Position numbers and translations under genes: made by a program. A stretch of 64,000 nt of DNA from an uncultured Nitrospiraceae bacterium (GTDB lineage Bacteria > Nitrospirota > Thermodesulfovibrionia > Thermodesulfovibrionales > Dissulfurispiraceae). The stretch covers positions 1,120,001-1,184,000 of the forward strand of contig CAVSHF010000003.1 of the NCBI GenBank assembly GCA_963727805.1. The letters are read 5' to 3'. How positions within the stretch are numbered: position 1 is the stretch's first letter; the number at the start of each line of letters is the position of its first letter. The notes beneath the pieces were generated by a model that did no database searches, was not told the DNA's origin, and saw nothing but the letters and a program-made list of their open reading frames with translations. Below, one piece after another: positions 40,832 through 50,767 of this stretch.

Positions 40832-41464
40832 ATGGATATGAAGTTCGCTCGAGAAGGCTATCCATTTATCGGTCTTTTCGCCGTAGTTACGGCTGTGTCG
40901 CTCCTGTTGGGTCCATTATGGATAGCCCTGTTTCCTTTTGTTTTGACTCTCTTCATGGCCTACTTCTTCAGGGACCCCGAACGGGAAATCCCTGATGGAG
41001 AGGGTCTCATCGTCGCGCCTGCAGACGGCAAAATTCTCGTGCTACAGACCGTCAGAGAATCCCAATACATCAACAATGAAGTCTTGCAAATAAGCATTTT
41101 CATGTCGCCTCTCAACGTTCATGTGAACCGGGCCCCCTGCGACGGGATCGTCGAAAAGGTCATACATACGCCGGGGAAGTTCCTCTCAGCCTTTAAGCCC
41201 GAAGCCTCAGTACAGAATGAAAATATCGCCATGACGATGAGTACGAAATATGGAACGGTCCTCGTCCGTCAGATCGCCGGGTTTATTGCTCGTCGCGCAG
41301 TCTGCCGGGTTGCACCGGGAGAGGCACTCAGGAGAGGCGGCCGTTACGGAGTCATCAAATTCAGTTCACGCGTAGATATATTTCTGCCGTCGACAACAAT
41401 ACCGAAAGTCAGATTAGGAGAAAGGGTCACAGCAGGAGAGACTATTTTGGGATATATACCGTAA
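40832..41464 (+). CDS. psd: Phosphatidylserine decarboxylase proenzyme
   Basis: FFRDPER, APADGK, IFMSPLNVHVNRAP, QIAG.IARR, IKFSSRVD; upstream of pssA. Confidence 0.92.
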   Translation: MDMKFAREGYPFIGLFAVVTAVSLLLGPLWIALFPFVLTLFMAYFFRDPEREIPDGEGLIVAPADGKILVLQTVRESQYINNEVLQISIFMSPLNVHVNRAPCDGIVEKVIHTPGKFLSAFKPEASVQNENIAMTMSTKYGTVLVRQIAGFIARRAVCRVAPGEALRRGGRYGVIKFSSRVDIFLPSTTIPKVRLGERVTAGETILGYIP

Positions 41465-41473
41465 AATAGAATT

Positions 41474-42289
41474 ATGGCCTTTAAAAGAAGAGATCCAAAT
41501 CGAAAGCCCAAAAAGGGCGTCTATTTATTGCCGAATACTCTGACGCTTTGTAGTATGTTTGCGGGTTTTTTCGCCATTTTGTCAGCTATTAACGGAGATT
41601 TCCTCCCTGCCGCTTGGGCGATCATTATAGCAACTGTTTTTGATGGGCTTGATGGCTGGATCGCCCGCCTTACCAACACCTCAACGCGCTTCGGCATAGA
41701 GCTCGATTCATTGTCCGATCTTGTCGCCTTTGGAGTCGCCCCCAGTGTTATGATGTATAAGTGGGTCCTCGCTCCCTTCGAAAGATTCGGCTGGGCCGCT
41801 GCCTTTCTGTTTGTTGCCTGTGGCGCGCTTCGCCTGGCCCGGTTCAATGTGCAGACAGGCGCGCCCGGATCCAAGGCATTCAAGGGGATCCCTATCCCGG
41901 CTGCTGCAACTATCATCTCCTCCATCGTCATTTTTTATTCGACCTTCTGGAGCGGTATTCCGGATAAAAATGTTTTTTTTCCTATAATCACTATAGTAAT
42001 TGCACTTCTGATGGTGAGCACCCTTCGTTATCACGGACTGAAGGAGATAGACTTCCGTGAACGAAAGCCTTTTTGGGTGCTTGTGATTTTTGTCCTCGTA
42101 TTATTCATGCTCCTAATTCATCCATCAACAGCCATCTTTATCTTTGCGATGGCCTATCTCATATGGGGCCTGATCGAAAACATATACCTTTTCATGAAAA
42201 GGCGACGCATGAAGCAGGCGGAGCAGAGCGTACCTGGCGGTGCCGATACAAAGCATACCAGCGAAGGGGAGAATAATGAGGGTCGTTAA
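41474..42289 (+). CDS. pssA: CDP-diacylglycerol--serine O-phosphatidyltransferase
   Basis: [15 protein letters not shown]...[16 protein letters not shown]. Confidence 0.95.
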   Translation: MAFKRRDPNRKPKKGVYLLPNTLTLCSMFAGFFAILSAINGDFLPAAWAIIIATVFDGLDGWIARLTNTSTRFGIELDSLSDLVAFGVAPSVMMYKWVLAPFERFGWAAAFLFVACGALRLARFNVQTGAPGSKAFKGIPIPAAATIISSIVIFYSTFWSGIPDKNVFFPIITIVIALLMVSTLRYHGLKEIDFRERKPFWVLVIFVLVLFMLLIHPSTAIFIFAMAYLIWGLIENIYLFMKRRRMKQAEQSVPGGADTKHTSEGENNEGR

Positions 42290-43787
42290 GATATTCGACA
42301 CTACTCTGAGGGATGGCGAACAGTCTCCCGGTGCATCGATGAATGTTGAGGAGAAGCTTCAGGTTGCCCGTCAGCTCGTAAAGCTTGGAGTCGATATCAT
42401 TGAGGCGGGGTTTCCTATCGCATCGGTTGGCGATTTCGAAGCGGTCAGGATGATTGCTGAAGAGATCAAGGGCGCTACCATAGCCGGCCTTGCTCGGACA
42501 AAATCCGAAGATATAGACCGCGCGGCAGAGGCCATCAAACCGGCGGAGTCGGGCAGGATACATACATTTATTGCCACCTCTGATATTCACCTCCAGTATA
42601 AGTTGAAGATGTCTCGGGAAGCGGTACTCGAGACCGCGATCAATGCGGTAAAAAGGGCCCGGCAGTATACCGATGATGTTGAGTTCTCAGCCGAGGATGC
42701 CACACGTTCTGATCGGGACTTTCTTGCCAGAGTGACTGAAGCGGTGATCAAGGCAGGGGCCAAGACAGTGAATATTCCGGATACCGTGGGATATACAGTA
42801 CCGCAAGAGTACGAAGAACTCATCAGATATCTCATGAATAACGTCCCCAATATCGACAAAGCGATCATATCGGTCCATTGCCATAATGACCTCGGGCTGG
42901 CTGTCGCAAATTCCCTTGCCGCAATCCATGCAGGCGCTGGACAGGCGGAATGCACGGTAAACGGTATCGGCGAGAGGGCAGGTAATGCTTCAATGGAAGA
43001 GATCGTTATGACGCTGAAGACAAGGCCCAAATTTTTCAATGCCGACACGCGCATCAAAACTCAGGAGATATACAAAACGAGCCGGCTCGTATCGAAAATT
43101 ACCGGCATCATTGTTCAGCCCAATAAGGCCATTGTCGGAGCCAATGCCTTTGCCCATGAAGCCGGCATTCATCAAGACGGTTTTTTGAAGGAGCGTTCCA
43201 CTTACGAAATCATGAAGCCGGAAGATGTCGGCATTCCCCAGTCGAAACTCGTCCTCGGGAAACATTCGGGCAGGCATGCCTTCAAACTACGCCTTCAGGA
43301 TCTCGGGTATGAACTGAGCGAGTCCGATATGAACAGTGCTTTTGAAAAGTTCAAACACCTGTCTGATCAGAAAAAATACATTTTCGATGAAGACATAGAG
43401 ACTCTCGTTTCTCAGCAGGTCTCGAAGGTCCCCGAACTATACGCACTCTCAGGACTTGAGGTGTTAAGCGGTATCGATGTCAGGCCGACGGCAACGGTCA
43501 AAATGTTCGCGCATGATCAAATCATCGAAAAGACCGAGCACGGCGACGGCCCCGTAGATGCTGTTTACAGGGCGATCGTTGCGATAACAAATACAAAAAG
43601 CAACCTGCTCAAGTTTGATGTAAAGGGTATTACCGGCGGGACCGATGCGCTTGGTGAGGTCGTTGTGACGCTTGAAGAGAGCGGCAGAACGGTCAGAGGT
43701 CAGGGCGCTGATACGGATATTATAGTTGCCTCCGCAAAGGCGTATATAAACGCCCTTAACAAACTCGCAGTCCGGAAAACACAATAG
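42276..43787 (+). CDS. leuA: 2-isopropylmalate synthase
   Basis: [43 protein letters not shown], regulatory GPVDA. Confidence 0.96.
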   Translation: MRVVKIFDTTLRDGEQSPGASMNVEEKLQVARQLVKLGVDIIEAGFPIASVGDFEAVRMIAEEIKGATIAGLARTKSEDIDRAAEAIKPAESGRIHTFIATSDIHLQYKLKMSREAVLETAINAVKRARQYTDDVEFSAEDATRSDRDFLARVTEAVIKAGAKTVNIPDTVGYTVPQEYEELIRYLMNNVPNIDKAIISVHCHNDLGLAVANSLAAIHAGAGQAECTVNGIGERAGNASMEEIVMTLKTRPKFFNADTRIKTQEIYKTSRLVSKITGIIVQPNKAIVGANAFAHEAGIHQDGFLKERSTYEIMKPEDVGIPQSKLVLGKHSGRHAFKLRLQDLGYELSESDMNSAFEKFKHLSDQKKYIFDEDIETLVSQQVSKVPELYALSGLEVLSGIDVRPTATVKMFAHDQIIEKTEHGDGPVDAVYRAIVAITNTKSNLLKFDVKGITGGTDALGEVVVTLEESGRTVRGQGADTDIIVASAKAYINALNKLAVRKTQ

Positions 43788-43889
43788 AGCCATTAGTCTC
43801 CTCTTCCGGTAAAGTCAGTATTCACCATTCTAAAGACCCACGTTAAATAAAAAGCGAACTCATAAATCTTTTCACAGGGGAATGAATCA

Positions 43890-44843
43890 ATGAACGCAAC
43901 GATATTAAAATCATTCATGCTTGTCATAGCGATACTTTTCATGAGCTCTATTGCCTTTGAGCATATTGCTCACGCGCGCGCCGGCGGGGGGACGTCTTCA
44001 GGCAGCAGGGGGTCCAGGAGCTTCTCCTCACCGAGCCGCTCATATGATACGACTCCTGAAAAACAGACCTCTCAATCGCCTGTGCAGCCTGCCTCTGCCC
44101 CTCAGCCTGCGAGCGGCGGTTTCATGAGAGGTCTTGCTGGCGGCATCCTGGGCGGGCTTATTGGCAGCATGCTCTTCAGCGGCCTTGGGTTCGCTGGTCA
44201 AGGTGGTTTTGGAGGAAGCGGGATAGGTTTGGTTGAAATCCTACTAATCCTTAGCTTTGGCTTCTTTATCTACACGCTGTTTAAGAAAAAAAGAGCAGGG
44301 GCAGGTTCATCTCAAGCATATTCGCAAAACGCTTACCAGCCACAGGGACAGCCTGGAAATCAGCCTTACAGCACAACTTCTGGACCTACTGGGTCTGCCG
44401 GCAATGACGGACTTTCCTACATTCGTCAAATGGATGCGAGTTTTAGCGAAGACCGGTTCAAAGATAGCGTAATGGACACCTTTTTCAAAATCCAGGCCGC
44501 GTGGATGAACAGGGACTTGTCATCCGTCACCACGCTGCTTACTGACGAGATGAAGAGGACCTTCCAGGGGGATATCGACAAGCTCATAAGGGAGAGGAAA
44601 ATAAACAGACTCGAGAACATCGCCGTAAGAAATATCGACATAACCGAGGCATGGCAGGAATCGGGTCAGGACTTCATAACGGTACTGTTTTATGCCAACT
44701 TGCTCGATTACACAGCTGACGAATCGACCGGAGCAGTCGTGACAGGCAGTAAGACGGAACCGGTAAAATTCGAGGAATACTGGACGCTCACAAGACCCGT
44801 AGGGAACAACCCCTGGCAGCTTTCTGCCATCAACCAGGCATAG
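43890..44843 (+). CDS. Tim44-like domain membrane protein
   Basis: ARAGGG.S.GSRGSRS, Gly-rich TM, IQAAW, FEEYW, WQLSAINQ. Confidence 0.88.
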   Translation: MNATILKSFMLVIAILFMSSIAFEHIAHARAGGGTSSGSRGSRSFSSPSRSYDTTPEKQTSQSPVQPASAPQPASGGFMRGLAGGILGGLIGSMLFSGLGFAGQGGFGGSGIGLVEILLILSFGFFIYTLFKKKRAGAGSSQAYSQNAYQPQGQPGNQPYSTTSGPTGSAGNDGLSYIRQMDASFSEDRFKDSVMDTFFKIQAAWMNRDLSSVTTLLTDEMKRTFQGDIDKLIRERKINRLENIAVRNIDITEAWQESGQDFITVLFYANLLDYTADESTGAVVTGSKTEPVKFEEYWTLTRPVGNNPWQLSAINQA

Positions 44844-44849
44844 GAAACA

Positions 44850-45062
44850 CAATAGCGCTAATCTATCGGAGAGTTCATTAAGTACTTCTTACCGGCGGTT
44901 GATCGCTCAGAGGAAGCTAAGTTCTGAAGGTCCTCTGTGGATGTGCCTTTTAATGCGGGCAGTCCCTCCCCTATCTTGCGCTTTCCCGGATCGCACTTCT
45001 CTAACCCGTGGGGAATGAGAAAAACAGAATCCTGCCATAATCGATCTCATTATGGCAGGATT
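44850..45062 (-). ncRNA. Diverged partial member of the structured non-coding element family (copy C)
   Basis: 44938-44967 is 26/30 identical, ungapped, to 50001-50030; serial hairpins including a perfect 14-bp IR at 45028-45062. Confidence 0.4.
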
Positions 45063-45112
45063 ATAAGATTGGGGTATAATAAAGGGACTATAGAAAGCAC
45101 CATGCGAAAGAC

Positions 45113-46540
45113 ATGAACATATTACTTACAGGCGCAACGGGGTATATCGGGCGACGACTTCTTCTCCGGCTCCAGCACGAGCCGAATGTGTCACTCCGCG
45201 TTCTCGTAAGAAACGCCAAAAAACTGAAATCGGGCGACGTCGGTAACGCAAGAGTCATTGAGGGCGACACGTTTAAATGTGCTTCGCTGGTTCGTGCACT
45301 GAAAGGAATAGATGTCGCCTATTATCTTATAAATCTTACGGGTGCTGGCAGGAACTTCAACAGGCTGGAACACCAGAGTGCCGAATTATTCAGGGACACC
45401 TGCATCGAATTCGGCGTAAAGCGAATCATCTACCTGTCGGGCATCGGAGACCTCGAGAAAGCATCGCCACAACTCAGGACTAAACTTGAGGCGGGCATGA
45501 TCCTCAGCGAACGACCACATGAGATCCAGACAATTTGGCTCAGGTCAGGCTTGACTATCGGCTCCGGCAGCATAACCTTCGAGATAATCGAAGGCATGCT
45601 CAGTCATCTACCGTTGCTGGTCTTACCAGCTTGGACCCGGATCAGGACCAATACTGCTTTTGTCACCGATGTCGTCGAATATCTCTGTAAAGCAAAGGAC
45701 CTTTCCTCCGACTGCAGCTCGGTCATCGACATCGGGTCTCCACCTCTGACGTTCCGAGAGATGATTGAGATCACAGGGAACAGAATGGGAGTGCGAAGAC
45801 CCATGATAGCGGTCCCTTTTAATTTTCCCCGGTTGTCCGCATATTGGCTCAGTCTCTTCACTGCTGTCCCCTACCGCATCGCATCTGTAATAGTAGCTGG
45901 GATCCGTTCAGGGCATATAATAGACACGCATGCATCCCAAACCTGCTTTCCATCAATAGCCCCTACGTCCTTTGACGAAGCAGTGCGGAGGGCTTTTATC
46001 AAGGTTGAGACCGACCAGGTCATCAGTCGCTGGTGTGACAGCAGCGCCGGAGAGGTATGCGATGTCGCTGAGGCTGATGAGAGCTCCACCGCCCGATACA
46101 AGGATGAAACGCGGGATTCTTTCGGTTCACTTAATCCCTCAGCTGTCTTTAAGGCCGTCAAGTCCATCGGCGGCAAAACAGGGTGGTTCACTTTCGGATT
46201 TCTGTGGAAGGTCCGGGGGCTTCTCGACAAATTGGTGGGCGGGTACGGTATGACCAGGGGGCGACGGGCCGAGAGCGACCTGCGCATAGGCGATAAGCTG
46301 GATTTTTGGGAAGTAGTAGACCTGCAGGAAAACCGAAGACTTCTGTTGGAGGCCCAGATGAAGCTGCCGGGTCGCGCCTGGTTAGAGTTTACAATTCAGA
46401 GGACCGACTTGGTGATAACAGCTTATTTCATGCCGAGAGGTTTCTGGGGAACCATCTACTGGTACAGTCTGATTCCATCTCATCATTTTGTCTTTAGGGA
46501 TCTTATCAAGAGCATAATCAAAAAGGCGGGTGGGCAGTAG
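45113..46540 (+). CDS. SDR-family oxidoreductase with DUF2867 (YbjT-like)
   Basis: TGATGYIG; IGG..GW; LDFWEV; LEAQMKLPGRAWLEF. Confidence 0.88.
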   Translation: MNILLTGATGYIGRRLLLRLQHEPNVSLRVLVRNAKKLKSGDVGNARVIEGDTFKCASLVRALKGIDVAYYLINLTGAGRNFNRLEHQSAELFRDTCIEFGVKRIIYLSGIGDLEKASPQLRTKLEAGMILSERPHEIQTIWLRSGLTIGSGSITFEIIEGMLSHLPLLVLPAWTRIRTNTAFVTDVVEYLCKAKDLSSDCSSVIDIGSPPLTFREMIEITGNRMGVRRPMIAVPFNFPRLSAYWLSLFTAVPYRIASVIVAGIRSGHIIDTHASQTCFPSIAPTSFDEAVRRAFIKVETDQVISRWCDSSAGEVCDVAEADESSTARYKDETRDSFGSLNPSAVFKAVKSIGGKTGWFTFGFLWKVRGLLDKLVGGYGMTRGRRAESDLRIGDKLDFWEVVDLQENRRLLLEAQMKLPGRAWLEFTIQRTDLVITAYFMPRGFWGTIYWYSLIPSHHFVFRDLIKSIIKKAGGQ

Positions 46541-46647
46541 GCTGACAATTTTTTTTCTCGAGAGAAAAAATGAGCAGTTTTGAGTTCGCCGCGAATCACG
46601 GATGTACTACGGAAGGGATCTTGCAACATAGCTTCGCGGAGGAGACC

Positions 46648-47049
46648 ATGGTGCATACTATAAAGGTAAAAATATATTACGAGGATACTGATGCAGGCGG
46701 CGTTGTTTATTATGCCAACTATCTCCGTTATATGGAACGGGCAAGGACGGAGTTCCTTTCCGAATACGGCATCAATGTCGCAGAACATCATCACCGGGGG
46801 TATTTTTTTGTAGTGACTCATGTAGACATCAGCTACAAGAGGCCTGCCCGTCTCGGTGAAACTATCGATATAACGACCGAAGTGGAAGAAGTGCGAAACG
46901 CGAGCATGACCATAAAAAATTGCATCCTGAAGGAAGGTTCCCTGCTAGTTCAAGCGCTTGTCACTTTTGCTTGCATCGATAGGGAGGGAAGGCCAAAGCG
47001 GCTTCCTGAGAGTTTCAGTCCATTCAGAGCTATGTCAAAAAAGTGTTGA
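46648..47049 (+). CDS. YbgC/FadM-family acyl-CoA thioesterase
   Basis: IYYEDTDAGGVVYYANYLRYMERARTE; ATG 46648 with GGAGG. Confidence 0.9.
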   Translation: MVHTIKVKIYYEDTDAGGVVYYANYLRYMERARTEFLSEYGINVAEHHHRGYFFVVTHVDISYKRPARLGETIDITTEVEEVRNASMTIKNCILKEGSLLVQALVTFACIDREGRPKRLPESFSPFRAMSKKC

Positions 47050-47149
47050 ACCTGTCATCTTTAGACATTCCTGGGTTATACATCTTCCTTCTGCGCCACC
47101 CCATAAGACCATCTTGTCAATCTTTGCTCAACACGGATATAATCAGCTT

Positions 47150-47608
47150 ATGACTATTGATGAAAGGCTAAAAGAACTGGGGATCTCTCTTTCAGATGCA
47201 CCGAAGCCGATGGGTTCCTACGTGCCCTGTGTTCAGTCGGGTAATCTCCTGTTTCTGAGCGGGGTGCTCCCGCTCAGAAACGGGCAACTAATAAAGACCG
47301 GAAGGGTTGGAGAAGCGGTGTCACTTGATGAGGCACGTGAAGCATCCCGACAAGTCATAATCAATACTCTTTCGCTACTCAAATCTCATCTCGGAAGCCT
47401 CGATAAAATAAGGTGCCTCAAATTAAATGGGTATGTAGCATCGGCTGAGAGCTTTACGGATCAGCCAAAGGTCCTCAATGCTGCCTCAGACCTTCTCTTC
47501 GAAATATTCGGCGAAGCAGGTAGACACGCCAGGGCCGCAATCGGCGTCTATTCCCTGCCTCTAAACTCACCAATCGAGATAGATTTCATCTTCGAAATCA
47601 AAAACTGA
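47150..47608 (+). CDS. RidA/YjgF-family protein
   Basis: P.PMGSYVP, NAASDLL.EIFGEAGRHARAAIG..LP. Confidence 0.9.
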   Translation: MTIDERLKELGISLSDAPKPMGSYVPCVQSGNLLFLSGVLPLRNGQLIKTGRVGEAVSLDEAREASRQVIINTLSLLKSHLGSLDKIRCLKLNGYVASAESFTDQPKVLNAASDLLFEIFGEAGRHARAAIGVYSLPLNSPIEIDFIFEIKN

Positions 47609-47609
47609 G

Positions 47610-48056
47610 TTAATATGTAGTAGGGTCTTCAGGCGGCAATGCCGATTCATCGAAAGGAATTACGCCGAGTTGTGTCATAACATTCTCCAGACCTATGAGC
47701 ATTTCTCGGTAATCGTAATTAGGCATCTCCTCTTTGAGCGCTCTTTCCACAAGTTGGTCGAAGGCATCGAAATCAAAACGTCCATCCAGCACATTTGCGC
47801 GTACCAGTATGCCGTGGACAATGCGGTCGTTGTTGAGATTAGCGACCTCTTCCATGACAAGATTCTTCCTTCTCTCGGAAGAGGCGATATACCATTCCAG
47901 AGCTCCGCTAAGGGCATCATAGAGCGTTACTATACCCGCAGCTATCTTGCCTTGCCCCAGTCGCCTTTTCCCACCCCTTATATGGAGCCGTGCCCTCAGC
48001 AGAGGACCTTCCTCAGGACCGAATGCACGTTCATCCATCAAACCCGCATGAGGCAT
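47610..48056 (-). CDS. Conserved hypothetical protein
   Basis: 148-aa ORF with RBS GGAGG; function not recognised. Confidence 0.65.
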   Translation of the reverse strand: MPHAGLMDERAFGPEEGPLLRARLHIRGGKRRLGQGKIAAGIVTLYDALSGALEWYIASSERRKNLVMEEVANLNNDRIVHGILVRANVLDGRFDFDAFDQLVERALKEEMPNYDYREMLIGLENVMTQLGVIPFDESALPPEDPTTY

Positions 48057-48178
48057 ACTACCCTCCTTTACTGAATTGTATCAACAGCCCTCACATGCTG
48101 CAAACCGACTCTTGGCCACAGTTCCATTTGTGATATGATCTTAGCTCAATCTCACTCTGTTATAATTAAAGTGAGGGT

Positions 48179-48853
48179 ATGTTTATGACAAAAAAGCGCG
48201 AACCCGAAGATTTTTCATTCCGGCCTTTCAAGAATCTGAAGAAAACGATCGACGCCGTGAAGAACCCTGCTGTCACAGAAAATAATGCCAAGGATGTTTC
48301 TTGTCCGGATGATGCAGAACTATTTCGTCTTGAAATGAAAGGAGTGCGAGAGATCGGGGAATTCCGGAAAATCCCTGTCGCGCAACGTCAAGTGATGCCT
48401 GCACCTAAGCAGCGCGATTCAGAGAAAGAGACATTGAAAATACTTGAAGATATATCGGAAGGCCGCCGACCTATAAGGCTTGAAGATACACAGGAGTACG
48501 TAGAATGGGTGAATTCAGTCTACAGTTCTGCCCCAATCACGAGAAAATTGCATGAAGGACATTTCGCCATCCAGGACTTTCTCGATCTCCACGGCTTCAC
48601 GGTTGATGAAGCCGCAGCACACATCGATGACTTTCTGAGAAGATCCCTATTAAATGGGCTGCGTTGCATCAAGATAATTCATGGCAGAGGACTTAAGTCA
48701 CCACAGGGGCCTATTCTGAAAGAGACACTTGTCGGATGGCTCTCAGGCCGATACCGGAAAAATATCATCGCATTCGTCACTGCGCGGCGATGTGACGGTG
48801 GACTTGGAGCGCTCTATATTATGCTCAAACAACATTGCCTAAAAAAGAGATGA
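48179..48853 (+). CDS. Smr/MutS2 C-terminal domain protein
   Basis: LDLHG, IIHGRGLKS, DGGLGALY. Confidence 0.9.
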   Translation: MFMTKKREPEDFSFRPFKNLKKTIDAVKNPAVTENNAKDVSCPDDAELFRLEMKGVREIGEFRKIPVAQRQVMPAPKQRDSEKETLKILEDISEGRRPIRLEDTQEYVEWVNSVYSSAPITRKLHEGHFAIQDFLDLHGFTVDEAAAHIDDFLRRSLLNGLRCIKIIHGRGLKSPQGPILKETLVGWLSGRYRKNIIAFVTARRCDGGLGALYIMLKQHCLKKR

Positions 48854-48896
48854 TACCGCACTTCACACATGGTGTATTAGTCCTATATAATGAATT

Positions 48897-49487
48897 ATGA
48901 ACTCCGGTGAAATGAAGGCATGGGAGCTTTTAAAGTCACTCGATCCTGTCGAGGTTTGCAGGCGTGCCGGTGCATCTTTCAATCCGGCTGCCCTGGAGTA
49001 TTCAATTCACTCGTTTAACAGTGATTTCCATCTATTTCTGACCGAGCAGAAAATAACGGGTGATGATCTTTTCCTTAAACGGTTAGGCTATTTTTTCGGG
49101 CTCTCGGCCCTCTCTTATCTAATTTCTTCAAGAGATATTCCGCCGACAGGCCGTCTCATAAAACCTTCTGATATCAAAGGTGGACAACTCTTCTTCAGGG
49201 GATCACATGTGCTGCCACTCGATAAGCTCGCCGCTAAGTATGGCGACGGCACAGAGGATTTTCAGCACAAAGGATCGGAACTTGGGGCTGAAGTTGCTCC
49301 TTATGGAGACGTCGCTCTAAAACTTCTTCCTTTTGCAAGGATCCCGGTCTATCTTCTCTTGTGGAAACAGGATGAGGAATTCCCGGCGCGTGCCGACCTT
49401 CTTTTTGATTCATCCTGCGCGATGCAGGCGCCCCTGGATATCCTCTGGTCCATCGCCATGATGACGGTCCTGGCGATGATGATGTAA
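48897..49487 (+). CDS. DUF3786-family protein
   Basis: GG.LFF, YGD, P.ARIP..LLW..DEEFPARADLLFD. Confidence 0.8.
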   Translation: MNSGEMKAWELLKSLDPVEVCRRAGASFNPAALEYSIHSFNSDFHLFLTEQKITGDDLFLKRLGYFFGLSALSYLISSRDIPPTGRLIKPSDIKGGQLFFRGSHVLPLDKLAAKYGDGTEDFQHKGSELGAEVAPYGDVALKLLPFARIPVYLLLWKQDEEFPARADLLFDSSCAMQAPLDILWSIAMMTVLAMMM

Positions 49488-49498
49488 TGGGCACTTAG

Positions 49499-49837
49499 TT
49501 AATACATTGATCTTATTCTTCCCGTCCGTTTGTCGATGATTACCTTGTCGACAAGGATACCGCGCCTATCTCTCATATCGGCCTCGAAAAAAAGCTCTCT
49601 TTCCCTTATGTCGCCTATCTTTACATCCCTCCTAGAATAAGAGTCCTTTAGCAATCTCCTGGCCTCCTGACTATTTGATACCGCCTTTCTTTGCCCATAG
49701 CCACGACCTGATTGCCCGTAATGATAGTAGCCGTAATGCCTATCGCCCGCGTAGGCAGCGGGAATCCAAAAAGAGATGGAAATAACAACAAACAACCCCA
49801 ACGTTATGCAGGCATTCACGAAAGATTTTAGGCTCAT
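49499..49837 (-). CDS. Small secreted protein, PepSY-like C-terminus
   Basis: Signal peptide; G/Y-rich linker; FFEAD...VDKVIIDKRTGRIRSMY. Confidence 0.7.
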   Translation of the reverse strand: MSLKSFVNACITLGLFVVISISFWIPAAYAGDRHYGYYHYGQSGRGYGQRKAVSNSQEARRLLKDSYSRRDVKIGDIRERELFFEADMRDRRGILVDKVIIDKRTGRIRSMY

Positions 49838-49900
49838 ATCATTCCCTTCCTTATCCGAAAGGATGTGAACTACTGACAACTTAACCACGGGAACGGTTGA

Positions 49901-50390
49901 ATTCACAGACACCAGCGCGCTGCAGGTTTTGCCCACAGATCATCTTGCAGTAGTCTCCTACCCGTTTAACCCGGGCCATCAATAATATAGCAAACCTTAA
50001 TGGATGTGCCATTTTATTCGGGCAGCCCCTGTCTATTTGAGACCTTTCGCTAACCTTGGCGAACGTCTGACTTAACCACATAACGAGTGAGGCATTAGTG
50101 GTCAAGCCGCAGTTATGGCAGAATAAATACTGCCTGAGTTTCCCGATTATCGGGGTGAATGTGCCCACATGGGAAACACTCCTGAGAGTGATGTCGTTCA
50201 CTCTCGCACAGTCCTGGTAACAGCTGTATCTATACATAGCTCGATGCCGTAAAAAAGTCAACGGCAACCGACTAACCCCACGTAACTTTTTGTAGGGAGG
50301 AGATTGCGACAGTAAGTTTCGATCAAAACCCACTGTTTGCCCCCCTACTGGCTTACGCCTAGCCGGGACATCCGCAACTATTAGTTCAAA
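49901..50390 (-). ncRNA. Large structured non-coding element, copy A (family not recognised)
   Basis: Two blocks ~85% identical to 53441-53713; many hairpins with G-U pairs on the minus strand; GGC-GTAA-GCC tetraloop; promoter immediately upstream. Confidence 0.65.
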
Positions 50391-50399
50391 CTCTGAAAC

Positions 50400-50428
50400 A
50401 TTATAGTCAGAATGTGGAAACGGGTCAA
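50400..50428 (-). promoter_or_regulatory. Sigma70-type promoter upstream of element A
   Basis: TTGACC (50428-50423), 17 nt, TATAAT (50405-50400); predicted start a few nt before the conserved TTTGAACTAATAG. Confidence 0.75.
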
Positions 50429-50490
50429 TCATTCTTCTTCCAAAAGCGCATGAATGGGGGAAAAGGACAGGCTACCCTTCCCCCATTCCA

Positions 50491-50760
50491 CTATTTCTTA
50501 TGACATTTTGTACAGTTGTCTGCGAGGCGAAGACTTTCGTACCGCTATGACAAGAGAAGCAGAGCTTACCGGCTTCATAGTCAACCTTGGTTATTTTCAC
50601 CGCCCCTTTCTTCATCTTGAACATATCGGCAAGGCAGTCCTTGCACACACATCCTTTAGCCGCATGCATTCCCCTGTCAAATATGCCCTTACCGGGGCTG
50701 TTATCACTGGCAAATTCCACAGGCTTCCCGGACAGCATGGCTGATGCATTCCCGATCAGT
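50491..50760 (-). pseudogene. c7-type triheme cytochrome c pseudogene
   Basis: H..KG..CKDCL (heme His lost), CFSCH intact, third motif DNCTKCHKK* in a shifted frame; no signal peptide. Confidence 0.7.
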
Positions 50761-50767
50761 GTTTCGT

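Noticed and set aside
49881..50432. 183-aa ORF over element A and 93-aa ORF (53313-53594) over element B
   Set aside because: Indels between the copies break frame correspondence, there is no RBS, and ORF A starts inside the promoter; conservation follows base pairing rather than codons
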